Source of the DNA: Orbicella franksi
Lineage: Eukaryota
Direction: 5' to 3'
Length of the DNA stretch: 64,000 bases
NCBI GenBank assembly: GCA_964199315.1
Contig: OZ116698.1
Span: 34,286,001-34,350,000, forward strand
Shown here: positions 21,635-34,900 of the stretch, one piece after another
How positions within the stretch are numbered: position 1 is the stretch's first letter
Layout: every line of letters begins with the position of its first letter
Translations under genes and position numbers: made by a program
The notes under the pieces: model-generated
What the model was told of the DNA's origin: nothing
Seen by the model: only the letters and a program-made list of their open reading frames with translations
Database searches by the model: none

Positions 21635-24600
21635 TGGCGGAATGTTGGCCTCTCCTAGGAGATTGGTCCTTGAACTGATTAGCAAATTTCAAATAGCTCC
21701 GAACTGACTATCAAACACGTTCGTTGTACTACTGAACGCCATCTTGATTATTAGTTTGGACCAGTTGCCTAAGAGCAAGCCTCCTGTTTTTGAAATATTG
21801 CACGGAGTAATAAGTCTTGCAGACATGCAAACGGCATCAATAACAGTAATCTGATCTAGCGTAAATGAACTGTTGAAGAAAAATGATCTTTTAAAAGCTC
21901 CCCTTCCCTAAAGTTTAACAGCTGCTTATCGGCTGTGTGAGGACTTTGTCAACGCCGTAAAATTTCGCTTATCTCCCCCCGCCACCCCCCCTCATCATGA
22001 CGATAGACCCATGTGCCAAGGTAAAACCATTCTAAGTAATATCCCACCCTCCAAATTTCCCCATTAACCCACTAATTTAGGTCCTCGCATAAAACTGTAC
22101 AAAAAATTCGACTTGGCAACAAGTTATTTTCCAAGTATTGATTGCAGATGAAATATTTTTATCACAGTGGTTATGTAACAAGATGGTCTCGACTGGCCTT
22201 TAAAGTAATTTTCTTTTCAGCTCCGGCATTTCCAAGTGATCTCTATTCCGCCTAAGTCCCACTTGTGGGCCCGCCAAAAACCCCTTACGAAGTTTTGCAA
22301 GGCCAGTGCTTATCACCAGAAATCCGGTTATTCCTGCCATGTTCAGTGCCATGATTTCCTTTCGGTTCATGCGGAAGGATAACTACATTCAGCTTTCTAG
22401 TTCTCCAAAATAAGATTTTCGTGGTTGAATGAAAATACAGCCACAAGGCTCACAGACGAAGTACTTTTAGTCTCTTGTACAACTGATATAATTTGGATTT
22501 TCATGAGCTTTCGGTCAGAAATACTTTACCTTCATCGAGAGAGTGGATTATTGATTTATTGTTTCAAAGTGTCATTGAATAAGTTTCAAAATCAAGAGAG
22601 CCACAATTTCAATAAAATTACCAAAAGGTAATTAACTTGACAAGTAAATATTTTATGAAATTCTAGGACTTGGATTTTAACGATTGAACCTTTCTCTCAA
22701 CGCAGTGGCGTATTTACCTCGCAGGAATGTGGCAATCATAAAACCCTTTCGGAAAGTTTTGCTTCTGGTTTAAGCCCTATTCACTAGATTTTTCAGAATT
22801 ACTCTTTTTGGAAATCCTGAAAAACAATTGATGTCGCTTCATGCTTCAGACAGGAACTTGAAGCGCCGGCGTAGTCGTTATTTTCTTTGTTCGGAAAATT
22901 AAATTTTCAAGTGTTTCCTTTGATCACAGTATTGAATATTTTTTACTTGAGTTACTCAGTCGCTTGTATTTGTTTTTCAAAGTAAGACACTAATATAAAC
23001 GTAGTTTTGAATTCGTCTGTTACAGAACGAGTTCATCAGACAACTTGAATGATTTTTTTGACGCATTAAATTTCGTATCATAAGTGGAATTTGAGTTTTA
23101 GTAAGTGCCTTGTGACATTTCACGTTCGTAATTACTTTGTTACGATAAAACGCTTTGAATTTTATGATAAGTTCGAGGTCAGAACGTAAAATAAAATTTT
23201 GATTTGAAGTCATGATATCAAATGATTGATTGGAGCCTCGCCGCCAGCCAATAGCATAATCTAATTTATGGCCAAGTAAAACCCAAGCAGTGAATACGAA
23301 ACTTATTAGTAAATTAAGTTATCCTTCAATAGAACCTACCGCTCGTAATCAGTAAGAGATCCGTTTAATTTATCCATGCTTAGTGTTTTAACGCTTATCT
23401 CCATATAGAGTTTCTAGACTCTAGGGGTCCTTAAGTTCAGGCTTTATAGTCAAAGCTGCTTAGAATTTCTTGCCAGAGATTAAGACGCCGACGAGGAAAA
23501 AGGATAAACAAGCAAATTATTGTATTTAGCAAGAGAATGTCTTATGGGAAAATACAATCAAAACCAAAAGAAAATCCTGCTTAATTCTCTCAACATTTTA
23601 GGACGATCGCACAAAATATCTTTTCTGCCACAGATTTCGTCATCTTTAACAGAGATCCGCTTTGCGGTTCAATTTCTGATCGATTCCATTTTTTATCTCT
23701 TTTCCTTTCAGGTTTTCAAATATCCAGCTATTCTGGTCACTGATATCCGGTACACATTGTTTTTGTTTAACTTAGCAGTTTTTACTCTTTTACCTGAGAA
23801 TTTCGTTTTGACCTTCATGGCTCGAAAAAGTAACGAAGCTTGTTGTGAGTCACACGGCTATGAAAAGATAACACTGCACGTCCATTTCCTATTCCTTGCT
23901 ACACAATTGGAGCAATGACTTTTGGGAATATTTAAATTTGAACTGTGTGTTATTACTTAAAATAACTCGCTTCCTAGACAAAACAAACATCGTTTGTTTT
24001 GCCTAGCAAAAAAACATGGACGAAAAGGATCTCGTTAAAAAATACGGATAAATTGTATCGGAAGTGCGAATTAGTATCAAGAATACGTAAAATTCGCAAA
24101 CGTATCCAATTTTTTTTCTTTTTCGCGCAACGCCGAAAGATTTTAATTAGAACTACTAAAGACGGAAAATATTATTTTGAAAATAATTTGCAGTATGCGG
24201 AGTTGGAGTCAACGGGTAACTGCATATGCAGCGGTTCTTTTATCCAAGCGAGCCGTCGTAAGATCAATTTCTGACGCATTGGGCGATTATCAGGAGAGAC
24301 AATCTGTAAATGAGCTTGCAGTCTTTCTCTTTTTATCCTGACTATTCAGGATATTGCCATTTTTGCTCCTTTATTCCTTTCTCAGCGGAAAAAAGACCGT
24401 TGTTTTTGTTTCCTGTTTATTATCATTTAAGAAGAAAAGTTAACGAAACTTAAGTAATTTATAAACCGCACGTAAGTTCTTCGTTTGACTGCAAAATTGG
24501 TAACCTATCAGAAACGGTAACTTTTCAATGAAACGATTTAATTTGTGAGGTGAATCCATTAGGGCGGCGAATTGTAAGTTCCTTTGGTTGTAGTTTAATA

Positions 24601-25498
24601 TAATACCATCTTACTCGTCAATTTGATGGGTGACGTGAAACCCTGCTGTCGATTAAAGAAAGACAAGATTGTTTTAATTTTTTTGCGGCGAATCATTTTG
24701 TTCGCACACACGAGAAAACCTTTACATTATCCAGTGAATTTTTATTAACGGCCAGACTAACTTGGTCGACTTAAAATGAAGTCTTCGAAGTCTTAGAAAT
24801 GACAACCTTGTCTCAGTTGAAATAGATATGTTATAGCTTTTCGTTTTGTTTAATAGAGGGGCGCTTAAGATTGTAATCGTGAAAATTCAATTTTTTGCCA
24901 TCACGTAAAAGTAGATAGCAGCGGGATGAATGGCACTTATTGTGAGGTGAAGCCGTTAATGTTCGTTTTCATTTACATAAATTTATTTTTGGCGCTCTCG
25001 AGCCACCTGCTTTTCTGCGCAAGTTGTCAGAGCCGCCTCGAGGATTAAACATGAAAACAAGTCACTAAAACTCCGCCGGTCAACACCACAACAACCTAAA
25101 ATATGAGTGATACCCAGCGTTACTGCGTAAAAATTGAGTTCACTACAAGAAACTGAAGCTTTTCTATGATACTCTAGACCTGTCAGTATTTTTCAAGTCT
25201 CGCCTGTTAGCAGCGTTCAACTTAAAGTTTTAATAATTGAACATGAATTAGCAAGGCTATCGTGAATTTTACGCTGCAAATGATTGTTTAGCATTGAATG
25301 CACAGGGAGAAGCTAGGACTGAAGACTTATGCAGAAACCTCTGGAAGGAAGGAAGGAATTTAAAGAGCTTCTGAGGCACTCTATAACAAACGTCGAGGAA
25401 TCTGGGCTTTAAGTTCGTCAAATTGCTTGGAAGACTTGCTCTATTTCAGTGAAACTTCACAATTTTAAATCAATCGAGATGAAACACTGAGAATCACA

Positions 25499-25969
25499 AT
25501 GGTGAGGTTCGCACCGGTTATCTCTAGCGCAGCTGTGGCAAGGGCTCAGGTGAATAACCATCGTAACAGAGCTTCTGCCGCGAGGAATAAGGAGTTGACT
25601 ACACTGAAAAACGCGCCGGGTGGAAGAGTGAGGTTGCCTTCTTTATACCCTGCAGTGTCGCTAAGATCTTTACACTCACATCCAGGCAATGGGGAATCAG
25701 GAATGGAGTTCCACCAGGCCACAACGACCCGTTTTACAGAGCAAGCCTCTCTTGATATTACCGACAAAACTTACAATAGAGACAGGACAAGTGTTTTAAG
25801 AGAGTTGCGCGATAGAAACAGTGGCTCTTCGCCAAAAGTTAAAGGTACTCCGTTAGTGATTGGGGCTGCCGGCATTTTGCGGGCAGCAACGGCTTTCGCG
25901 GTAGATAACACAACAGCAGAAATTACAGTCCAACAAGCCGAAGAACAAATAGAAGAACCAGAATGCGAG
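25499..25969 (+). CDS. Nav candidate first coding exon 1a (157 codons)
   Basis: Long open frame ending GAG|GTAAAT in phase 0, compatible with exon 2. Only weak Nav N-terminal resemblance (RFTEQASL). Confidence 0.55.
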
Positions 25970-28900
25970 GTAAATAACTTCCGTATCTGAATTTCTAAAT
26001 GTTCTTATCAGTTTACTGTACATTTGTAGTTTTGTCTTTTGATATATTAGGGGCAGTGGTCGATGTGTCTTTGGGGTCAAGTCTTTTAACGAGAAGTAAA
26101 ATGATGATATTGGAGTTTTCTGGTCGCCATGCAAGGTGACAGTAAGGGATACAACACGACATGTATGCTGTCAGATGTTAATATTACGATGAGCTGGCCC
26201 GGCTACGCTAGACGAGCGACAGTAATTTTCTATCATTCTTTTTATTTTAACATCCGATTCACGGCATTTGAAGGTGTCTGTTAGCTAACCAGAATGCTTT
26301 TGTCTACACCATACTGCGCTATTCATTTGGGTTTCCGTCCTAATAACGCTAGCAACTGTAATAATTTTGCTGTTTTGGTTCAGTAATACCCGCTTCAGGC
26401 TAATCAAAACGCAAATATCTCTTTTCATTTCGTCACGTTGGTCTTCACATGTTTACTATTTTCTTTTTTGTTGTGTGACAAAGATGTTCATCAAATAAGT
26501 CAAACAAGCGTTTACGGGCAAGAACCAAGCGAAGCGAGTCCTTACAGTGACTTTAGGATCAATTTCGCCGTCTGTTTCACTATGTCAGCCCGTTCTTGGC
26601 TTTGTTCTCGGAATCATATTTTACCTCTCATGTAGATATTTTCGTTCAAAACAATAGCAAGCCAAACGAATGGCGGTGTTCGACGTTATGAGCATAACTT
26701 ATCCGAAAAGAAGCCGATATCATGAATTATTGCACTAGTTTGGAATCGACATTTCGACTTTCCAAATTAAATTTACATGGTCTGTATTAAATATCGTGCT
26801 TCGGGTTTGTATGCAAAGTGATATTCAAATTTTCATATTTTCTTTGCTGGCTGGAGTACGCTATTGAGTTGTCGCAAAAATCCTTTTTTTCTCATTTCAA
26901 ATTAAAGTTAGTTGCTAAATATTAGATATTTGCTTGTCTGTGAATGAAATTTGCGCGATTGAGATTCCACTCGATGCTTTTGATATGAATTTGTGTTCTT
27001 CTTTTGGTTGTCATGGCAGCGCTGTGTTTGGGTTTGGCTGAGTTCTTCCTCTCTATATATTGCCATTTGTCTTTTCATCTTTTGTGTCGTTTTTGGAGCT
27101 TAAAGGAAGCGGCAATGCGTTATTTAAACTTCTACTTCTGACACTGAATAAACTCTAACGTGAAATAACAGGTTACTGGTGAGATTCATATTCGCTTTGA
27201 GGAGTAGGCTATGTACCGGCTATGTACTGGCAGAGGGAATTTCATCAAAAGCTTAATTTTTCAAGGAAACGATTTTCAAGAAGAAAACCAAAAAGTAATT
27301 GGCAATGTCATGAGAAACGATTGCTGTTTTCGAATACCAGCGTATATTTATTCTTTGAAGTAGGCTATTTACATATATACTGTTTAAATTTAAATTAAAG
27401 TCGCCTGGGAGATCTTCGTCTATCGTTTTTTGACACCGCAGCAGTTGAAGCTCGTCCCGTCTTAGTAATATTTTTCAAAATTTTAATGTTTTGCTTTAAG
27501 AATACTTTGTTTCCAGAAGGCGTCTACTGCATGGCTTGGAAATATCCTTTGCCTGCCTCGTCATTTCAAATATTTAATTAATTTTGTTAAAATTTCCTTT
27601 CGCATGTTAATATTTCATGTTGGACCTTTTGTGCATGACATGGCCTCTGTTTCACTTATATATTAAAATATATTGGTCTGTCATTCGAAAAGAAAAATTT
27701 AATTTGATTCGTGCCTGTGGCTATCTTTTGTTATTTTTTTATGAATGATCTTTGCACTAAATTGCAGTCATCATGCATGCCTGCGAAAGAAACTGTTTTG
27801 CGTTTTCTATAGGTTGTTTTTTCGTTGCATCTTTGGTGGGCGTAAGCCAAAAAACCGGCTACTCTCAACTGACAGCTGCATGTGTGTCAATGGAATCGAC
27901 AAGAAGCCTGAGAACGTTAACGGATTTTCACATGCTCACTGAGTTTGAGCAAAAAATCAGCCTTTGCTCGCAGACTAGAAGAAAAATAAACTAAAACATG
28001 TATGCGTAAACGTGGGAAAATATGTGTGAATACCAGTAGTTTCATCGGAGTAAATGTTCCATTTGAATGATTATTTATTTCGATCCACTGAGAAGATATC
28101 TACTCTAAGGGTGATATGATCGAGAGAGTGTCGACAGTTTTGAGGAAAGTGCTGACAAGATAATAAATCACTTCAAAAAGTTAATTTTCCAACGAATTTT
28201 GCAGGTTTTATAGATAGTAATCGATAGGTAAGAACTGTACCTTGTTTATGCTAAATAGTGCGACTGACTTGGTTTTATTGTTTTGTGATGGTCAGTTTAA
28301 AGCTGAGTCATGCTTGCAACCTATTTGTCCAAAAAAAATTAATTACACATTGTGTCAGCGCTAACACCAACGCGTCAGCACGTTCTTGCTATAAGAAGCA
28401 AGAACATGATCCGAACAGTTAAATGGGACGACGTCAATTCTTTACGTAGTTAAAAGAAAATAGTAACAATAAGGAGGTTTCTTCATTTAAATTCTAAACG
28501 AACATTTCTCGGGATTTTTGTTGGTGAATGTCCTCTTAGTGACTCTCTTCCCCTACTATCGAATTTGACATTTAGGCAGTCGTCATAGCTTCACTGTAGC
28601 TTTCTCTCGTTTGGCCCACTCTCATGCAACACTTATCCAGTTTAGCGCGACTATGATGCGTCTTTTTTCCTTTATGCGGTGAAACCTCAGGTAATATTCC
28701 AAAAGACAATAGACTGATTCCTTATGTAAAGGCAGAGGTTTCTTCATTTGCTTACGTGCCACATTACTTCCAAACCGCTGGCTTCTCGCCTTTTACATAT
28801 ATTGAAAAATAAGAAAGTAATCATACATTCGAATAAATGCTTGGTTTTGGGAATGAGTGAAGATCACTACAGTCCATTTGGAACCTAGGTTTTTTTTTAT

Positions 28901-31900
28901 GTCGAATCAGTTCCAAGACTCTTCCAATTTAATAAGGTCTGTAGCATAGATTTATTGCAAAGAAAGTTACAGAGAAAAGTTGTTTCTTAAACCTCACTTT
29001 TCTTCCGAAAGCACCATTTGAATGTCTTTAGCACTCGACATTCGTAATTTGGTGAGAGCGCGTTCTCCCTCGCTCCGCTTCCGGCTCGTATGTTTTACCG
29101 CGCTTTGCAAAGGGTTGTGAGGTTTTAAGTTTTATTTTATTTGATTGAAGTCTGAAAGAAAAACTGGAGAAATCGCCATTTCGAGCAATTACTGAAGGCA
29201 AGTCCACGCCAAGAATCTGAGCGAGATGACCGTCGTGATTTGTTACCGGAAAGGGAGCTTACTGTACAATTTGTGAGCGACAGACATGGCGGGCGTAAAA
29301 AGTAAGTTCAGTGCTGTTATAAAGTCAATTGCGTTTGTCATGAATGGTCATTCATTCAACCCGTTCTTATGCCGCGGAATCGTTAATGGGGCCATATTCA
29401 TGACATAAACAGGTTTAAAACATCGCCAATCTGCTAATCGTTTACTTTGTAAATTACCTAGTTTCAGGTCTTAATTGCAGTGGGTTCGCGAAAGCCAGAG
29501 CGAAAAAGGACTTCATAAAAAGAAATGACATCAATCGATCTTTTACATTATAAATCACCTTACAAGTCTTAATCTTGCGAACAGCTCGTGAATGCTAAGG
29601 TCAAAATGGACTCTGAACAAAAATGACGCCAATCAAAGTTTTTACGTTATAAATTATCTCAGAGACGGGTTCCTAAAGGAAAGCTCGCGAAAGTGAAGAT
29701 GAAAATAAACTTTCTGGACAAAGAAAACAGATTTAAGAAATAAAAATATCCGGATTTGTTCTTCAAAAATGGCATATACTCAACCAGTTTGATCGCGAAT
29801 AGGAAAGGAGTTTAATCACTCCAAAATTTCAGACGAAAATACCATGATCATTGCTGGTTTATACAGAGCGCTAACTGAGAATCTTTGGATTACCACTGGT
29901 TTCTTTATCATAGTTACCCAAACTACAGTTGGGTAAGAGGTTTATCCTAAAGCAATATATAGCAAAGTAAAACTGGAAGATGTTCATTTTAAGGTGTGGT
30001 CAACAAAATATTCCTTGTTTATTCACTTTCCTATCTTAGTTTTACGGCTTGAGCTACAACCTTACCCTTGTTCTTCAATACATCAGGATAGAAAGACGTC
30101 AGTATTGAATTTTTTATATAACAGCTAAAGCAATCTTGGTTTAACAAAGGAAGTTGTCTCAGTTGCTGCTGGCATTGTGCTTAAATATGCCCACCTATAT
30201 CGGGATATTACAAGCAAGGTCAAGGGTACTAAAACTCTATCTAAACAAACTATAGCAAAACAATTGTTCAACTCAGACTAAAATTACAAAGCACCAAAAT
30301 AACGAATTTCACTCTGTTAAGTATTCATTGACAATTTATGTCTACTAGAATTCGCCAAGATAATTATTTAGAATGGCAAATGTCCTGCTACTCACATTCT
30401 TTTAGCTTTAAACTGCTTAATATTGAAGTTACTGTAATGTACTAGTAAATAATCTACGTATTATCTGCAAGTAGGTGTTGCATAAGGGGTAATTGTCAGT
30501 AAATATATCTCGTTAGACTTTCTCTGTGTATTTCGACTGAACTGTCTAGTAAGAGATTTAATTGTCGCAATGTTTTTCTCTCCCAAAATCTTACTGTGAA
30601 CTGTGTTTGTTATGCTGTCCCGGTCAAAAATAAATCCGAGATCTACGGAAAACTGGTTTAACCGGTCAACCGGTGAGCAAATACCGTTGTCCTCATGGAT
30701 ATTTGTGCTCGTTTCATGCATTATTTGTACTCTGCTAAATCCAACTGGTTATTAACACTCTTCGCAGGTCTTGACTTGTACCCAGTTGTTCAAAGTCAGA
30801 ACACATCATCCACTGGATAAACCACTATACAGTGGATAAGTGTTGAATAAAACAATCTGCACTATCCCCTGGATAGTGATTAATTCCGGTGAATACTTTA
30901 AAACTGGAGTCTGATGTATAGATGACTTTCTTGTCTCTGCCACTGTCATATTTCTGTTTGGTGTGCATTTCATAACAATTTAGTGGACACTTCTTTCAAC
31001 TGTTCTCTTTTAATCCTTAGCAATGATTTATCTCTGACTTTTAATATGTAAGGAATTGTGTTCACCGAGTTGTAGCCTCAAATCGAAACTGAACAAACGA
31101 GCTATTTAATGAACCAACCACGTAATCCGAAACTTACTCTGACCAGCGAATTACAATAGCTGAAAAAGGCGAAGGGCTAGACTCAAAACTCCAAAAACAG
31201 CAGCAAGGCTGGACTAAAATCTCAACACGGAAAAAAATAGGCCTTCGCAACAGTTGGTCGCGTGACTGATAATTTCTAAACTTTTGGCTACGGCTAAATG
31301 TATTTGAGAACTGGAAATAGCATGTTTTGAAGCAGCCAGAACGAGCCACAACACCAATTTTCAGACCAGTGCGATGTATATGTGCAAGGTTGAGACTAAA
31401 TGACGATTTAAATATTGGAAAAATTTGAAGGTTTTGTATGAGGGTTTGTATGACTTTTAGTCCACTGTAATCCACCGAGGAGTTTAAGATCTGTTGGAAA
31501 ATATCTTTTGGAAGTTCCTAGAGTACGTCTAAAAACTTACGGAGACTGAGCCTTCTCAGTTGCCGCCCCAAACTGTGGAATGATCTGCCTCTTGAAATTA
31601 AGTTAAGTCCATCGGTCGCCGTGTTTGAATCGCGTTTAAAAACTCATCTTTTCAGAATTGCTTTTAGATAGTTACGTCTATCTTAAAGTTTATACTTAAT
31701 TTAGTTTAAATTATTATATTTAGTTTTACTTTCATGACTGTAAAGCGATATAGAGCTTTGTACATACTCGCTATATAAATGAAGTTATTGTATATATTAT
31801 ATTGTATTGTATTGTTTTGTATTGCATTATTGAAAGCAAGGACGCTTTGCCCTCCAGAAACCTTTTCCGTTGTTAATCACCAATATTTAGATTTAGCCAG

Positions 31901-34900
31901 GACTTGTTTTTCTTGGATCAGAAACTCAGAAAATGATCAATTATGAGCATGTAATTGCTCAGCGTGTGGTTTCACTATTTTTCCAGTTAAATTTTAACAA
32001 ACCATACCCAGTAGCGAAACCATTTTTTTTTCCAAGATTGTAGAAATTACGCGGGCAATATATCAGGGATTTTCCAACGCGCCAGGGGTTAATTTTCGCT
32101 GAAATTTTGCCCTTGCATGTACTCCCTCCTTCTCCCCCAGAGTAATAACCTGACCTGCGCCGTCACGTCACCGACTGTTGCAAAAGGCCCATTACGACAA
32201 AGAATTACGACAACAAAGATTAAAGGTATTCGTACGCGCGAGCACGTTCTGGGCCACGAATGGCCAAAATAAAATGATGTAAAATCATGAGCGCGGACAA
32301 AACACAAACTAAGGCGAGAGGTGTGAGGTTAGAATTAAAAATTTGAAAGGTTCAAACAAATAACATGCAAATTGAACTGGGCAGGACTTAAGAATTAAGC
32401 ACATGATCATCAAAGAGAAAAATTATTGACTTAAAAAACGAATTTTAGTGTTGAATTCACTTTTCGTTATCAGTTCGTCATATATTTATATTGTGTGTTT
32501 GCCGTCATTCAAAATGGACGAAATCTGCTCTAATTATGACTGGCTCTTAGCAAGTTCGCTTGAAAATCCCGTTAATGTTGCCACAAGTAAAGCAGTGAAA
32601 CACGACTATTTGATATTTAGGAAATGTTAATTTAAATATATGAAAAAAAAAAGACTTGACTTTGTTCGTGTTTCACTCAAGTAAATTGACGAAGTTTGTA
32701 AGCGGCTGGTTTCCGAAGTTATCTGATGTACTCTGTAGTAAATCTGCGTATTTTTCTACAAGTGGTCTTTTTGTAAAAAGAAACGTGCCGCTAAGAATAC
32801 AGCATCCGTCCCATTTGACAACTTTGCTATTTCGTGCTGCATTTCATGCTGATTCACTATTCTTTGACTATTCCTATTGAGAGTTAATAATCCTTGCGTA
32901 AAAGAAGTGATTTCCTAAGACAACGTGAGTCGATTATATTTAGCTGCTCTGCTAAGTTGAGTATTTTTTCATCGGTGCAAATAATTTTCAGTATTTTGAA
33001 GCTCACCAAGGAATCGTAAGTCGCCATGGAAGAATGCCAAATTGACAATTTTACCATATCAAAATAATCGTATTTCGCGCCTAAAATAAGTGGAAAAGTT
33101 AAAAATGAAGATTTCATTGATAGCAACGGGTTTTCCAACCGCTAAAACAACATAAGACTTGTACTAGCCTTTTTATCACGGGTGGAGGTCAAACGCAACT
33201 GTCATTTTCACTAGCTGTTTTCTTTTTTAATGGCATTTCTAATGCTGTTGACGCGAGCGCTAATTTTTCTAAGTAATTAGCATTTGATTTTAAGAAAATA
33301 TACTCGAGCAGTGTTCGACTCTCTTGAGTTGTTGTACAACGACATACAAACGCTCACAGGCTTTTTATGCAGCTCTCAGGGATGTACCGTAACACATATT
33401 TGTTTATATGCGCGCAATTAATTCAGCTAAACCTCGATATGCGAAACATGATTAAGAGCGAATTTCCCCTGCGGCAGGTGCGACGTATAAAAAGGTTCCC
33501 ATGGTGATGGACCCTGATACGTCATATAATCTTTACACCAAACAAACTTCGTGTATGAAGTCTAAAGATGTACAGAAGTCCCAGAGTCGCTTAACCTGAC
33601 AGGAAAAAAAGCAAGGGCGAGAAGAAAATATTCTGGTGGCTTTTGGACTCTCTTGGGCACGCCTGCTTCTCGCTGAAACCATAAATTGATAATCAGAGAA
33701 CGATGCATGTTTAACAGCTCGGTACGACTGTCTAACCATGAAACGTGTTTTAATTTGTTTGCTGAGATGCAGTGGCAGAGGAAAACATTGTTGATGTTGT
33801 CATTCTATTGGCCGTCAGCGATAGAAAGGAGAAACGTTCGTTCAAGAAATCATCTCGGTTAAGCATTTAAAAAATGCAAATTCGACATCTTTGCCACGAT
33901 GAAATCAAGCGCCAGTTTTAGAATAACATCAAAGTCTTCTAATCTAAGCGCGAAAGTAAGTAACAGGAGTTTCAATCGTACCTTGTCGGGGACTTCTTTA
34001 AAAGGAATTTCTTTTAACTCGAACTCGAGTGACTCTCAAACATGCACCTTCGTGCCAATACCGCCGGAATATCTGCGTCAGCCACTGGAAGATTTCGATT
34101 CCCCGCAAACAAACGTAAGTCAAATAATTTCGTTAAATATTAGTCTAATGCGAAGTTTAAGTTAAATGCTTTCCTGCTTCCTGTATTCAGAAAGTCTGCC
34201 GTTGCCACCGATAATACAACACACAATTTCCCAGCCATTACTAATATACCTAAAGCGGGTATGGACAAAATCGGGCATACTGGTTATTTTTTTCAACCGT
34301 CAAACGTTGAAAACTTGCCATATAAATCTAGAAATTCCCCAAAATATAAAGTTTGGTGGCGTAAATCTCAGGATTATTTTGTGCTTTAAATTTTGCGACA
34401 GATCAGTTGTAAATGGCGAATAAGTGAGACAGAAAAGTTATCTCTTCTGATGATAATTCTTTATGATAGTCGATGGCGCGAACGAACTTGACTCGAGATT
34501 GGTTTACGCTTTACTCATTTTTAGCTGATATTAAAACTGTATAAATAGTAGCGCTTTCAATAATCTTATTCCTAGTGTATTTTTATTACCGAAAATAAAC
34601 ACTGTTCTCGAAAAAAAATAATTTAAACAGAAGTGCAGATCACCCGGGAAGAATTTTTTACTTTACATGTGTCATTTAAAATTATTTTCGGTGAGAGCGG
34701 AAGAAGATATTTTGTTTTCATGGCTATCAAATGTTAGGAATTAGGACTCTAAGCAAAGCTTGTAAATGCGTTCAACTTTCCTATTACGCAATATCGCTTA
34801 ATTCAGACCGATGTGCAAAATTAATTGTAACAAATCTTTGACGCGCGGAAGTTAGTTTATTGGTAAAGAGAGTTTTGGACGCAGAGAACCTCCCTAAAAT

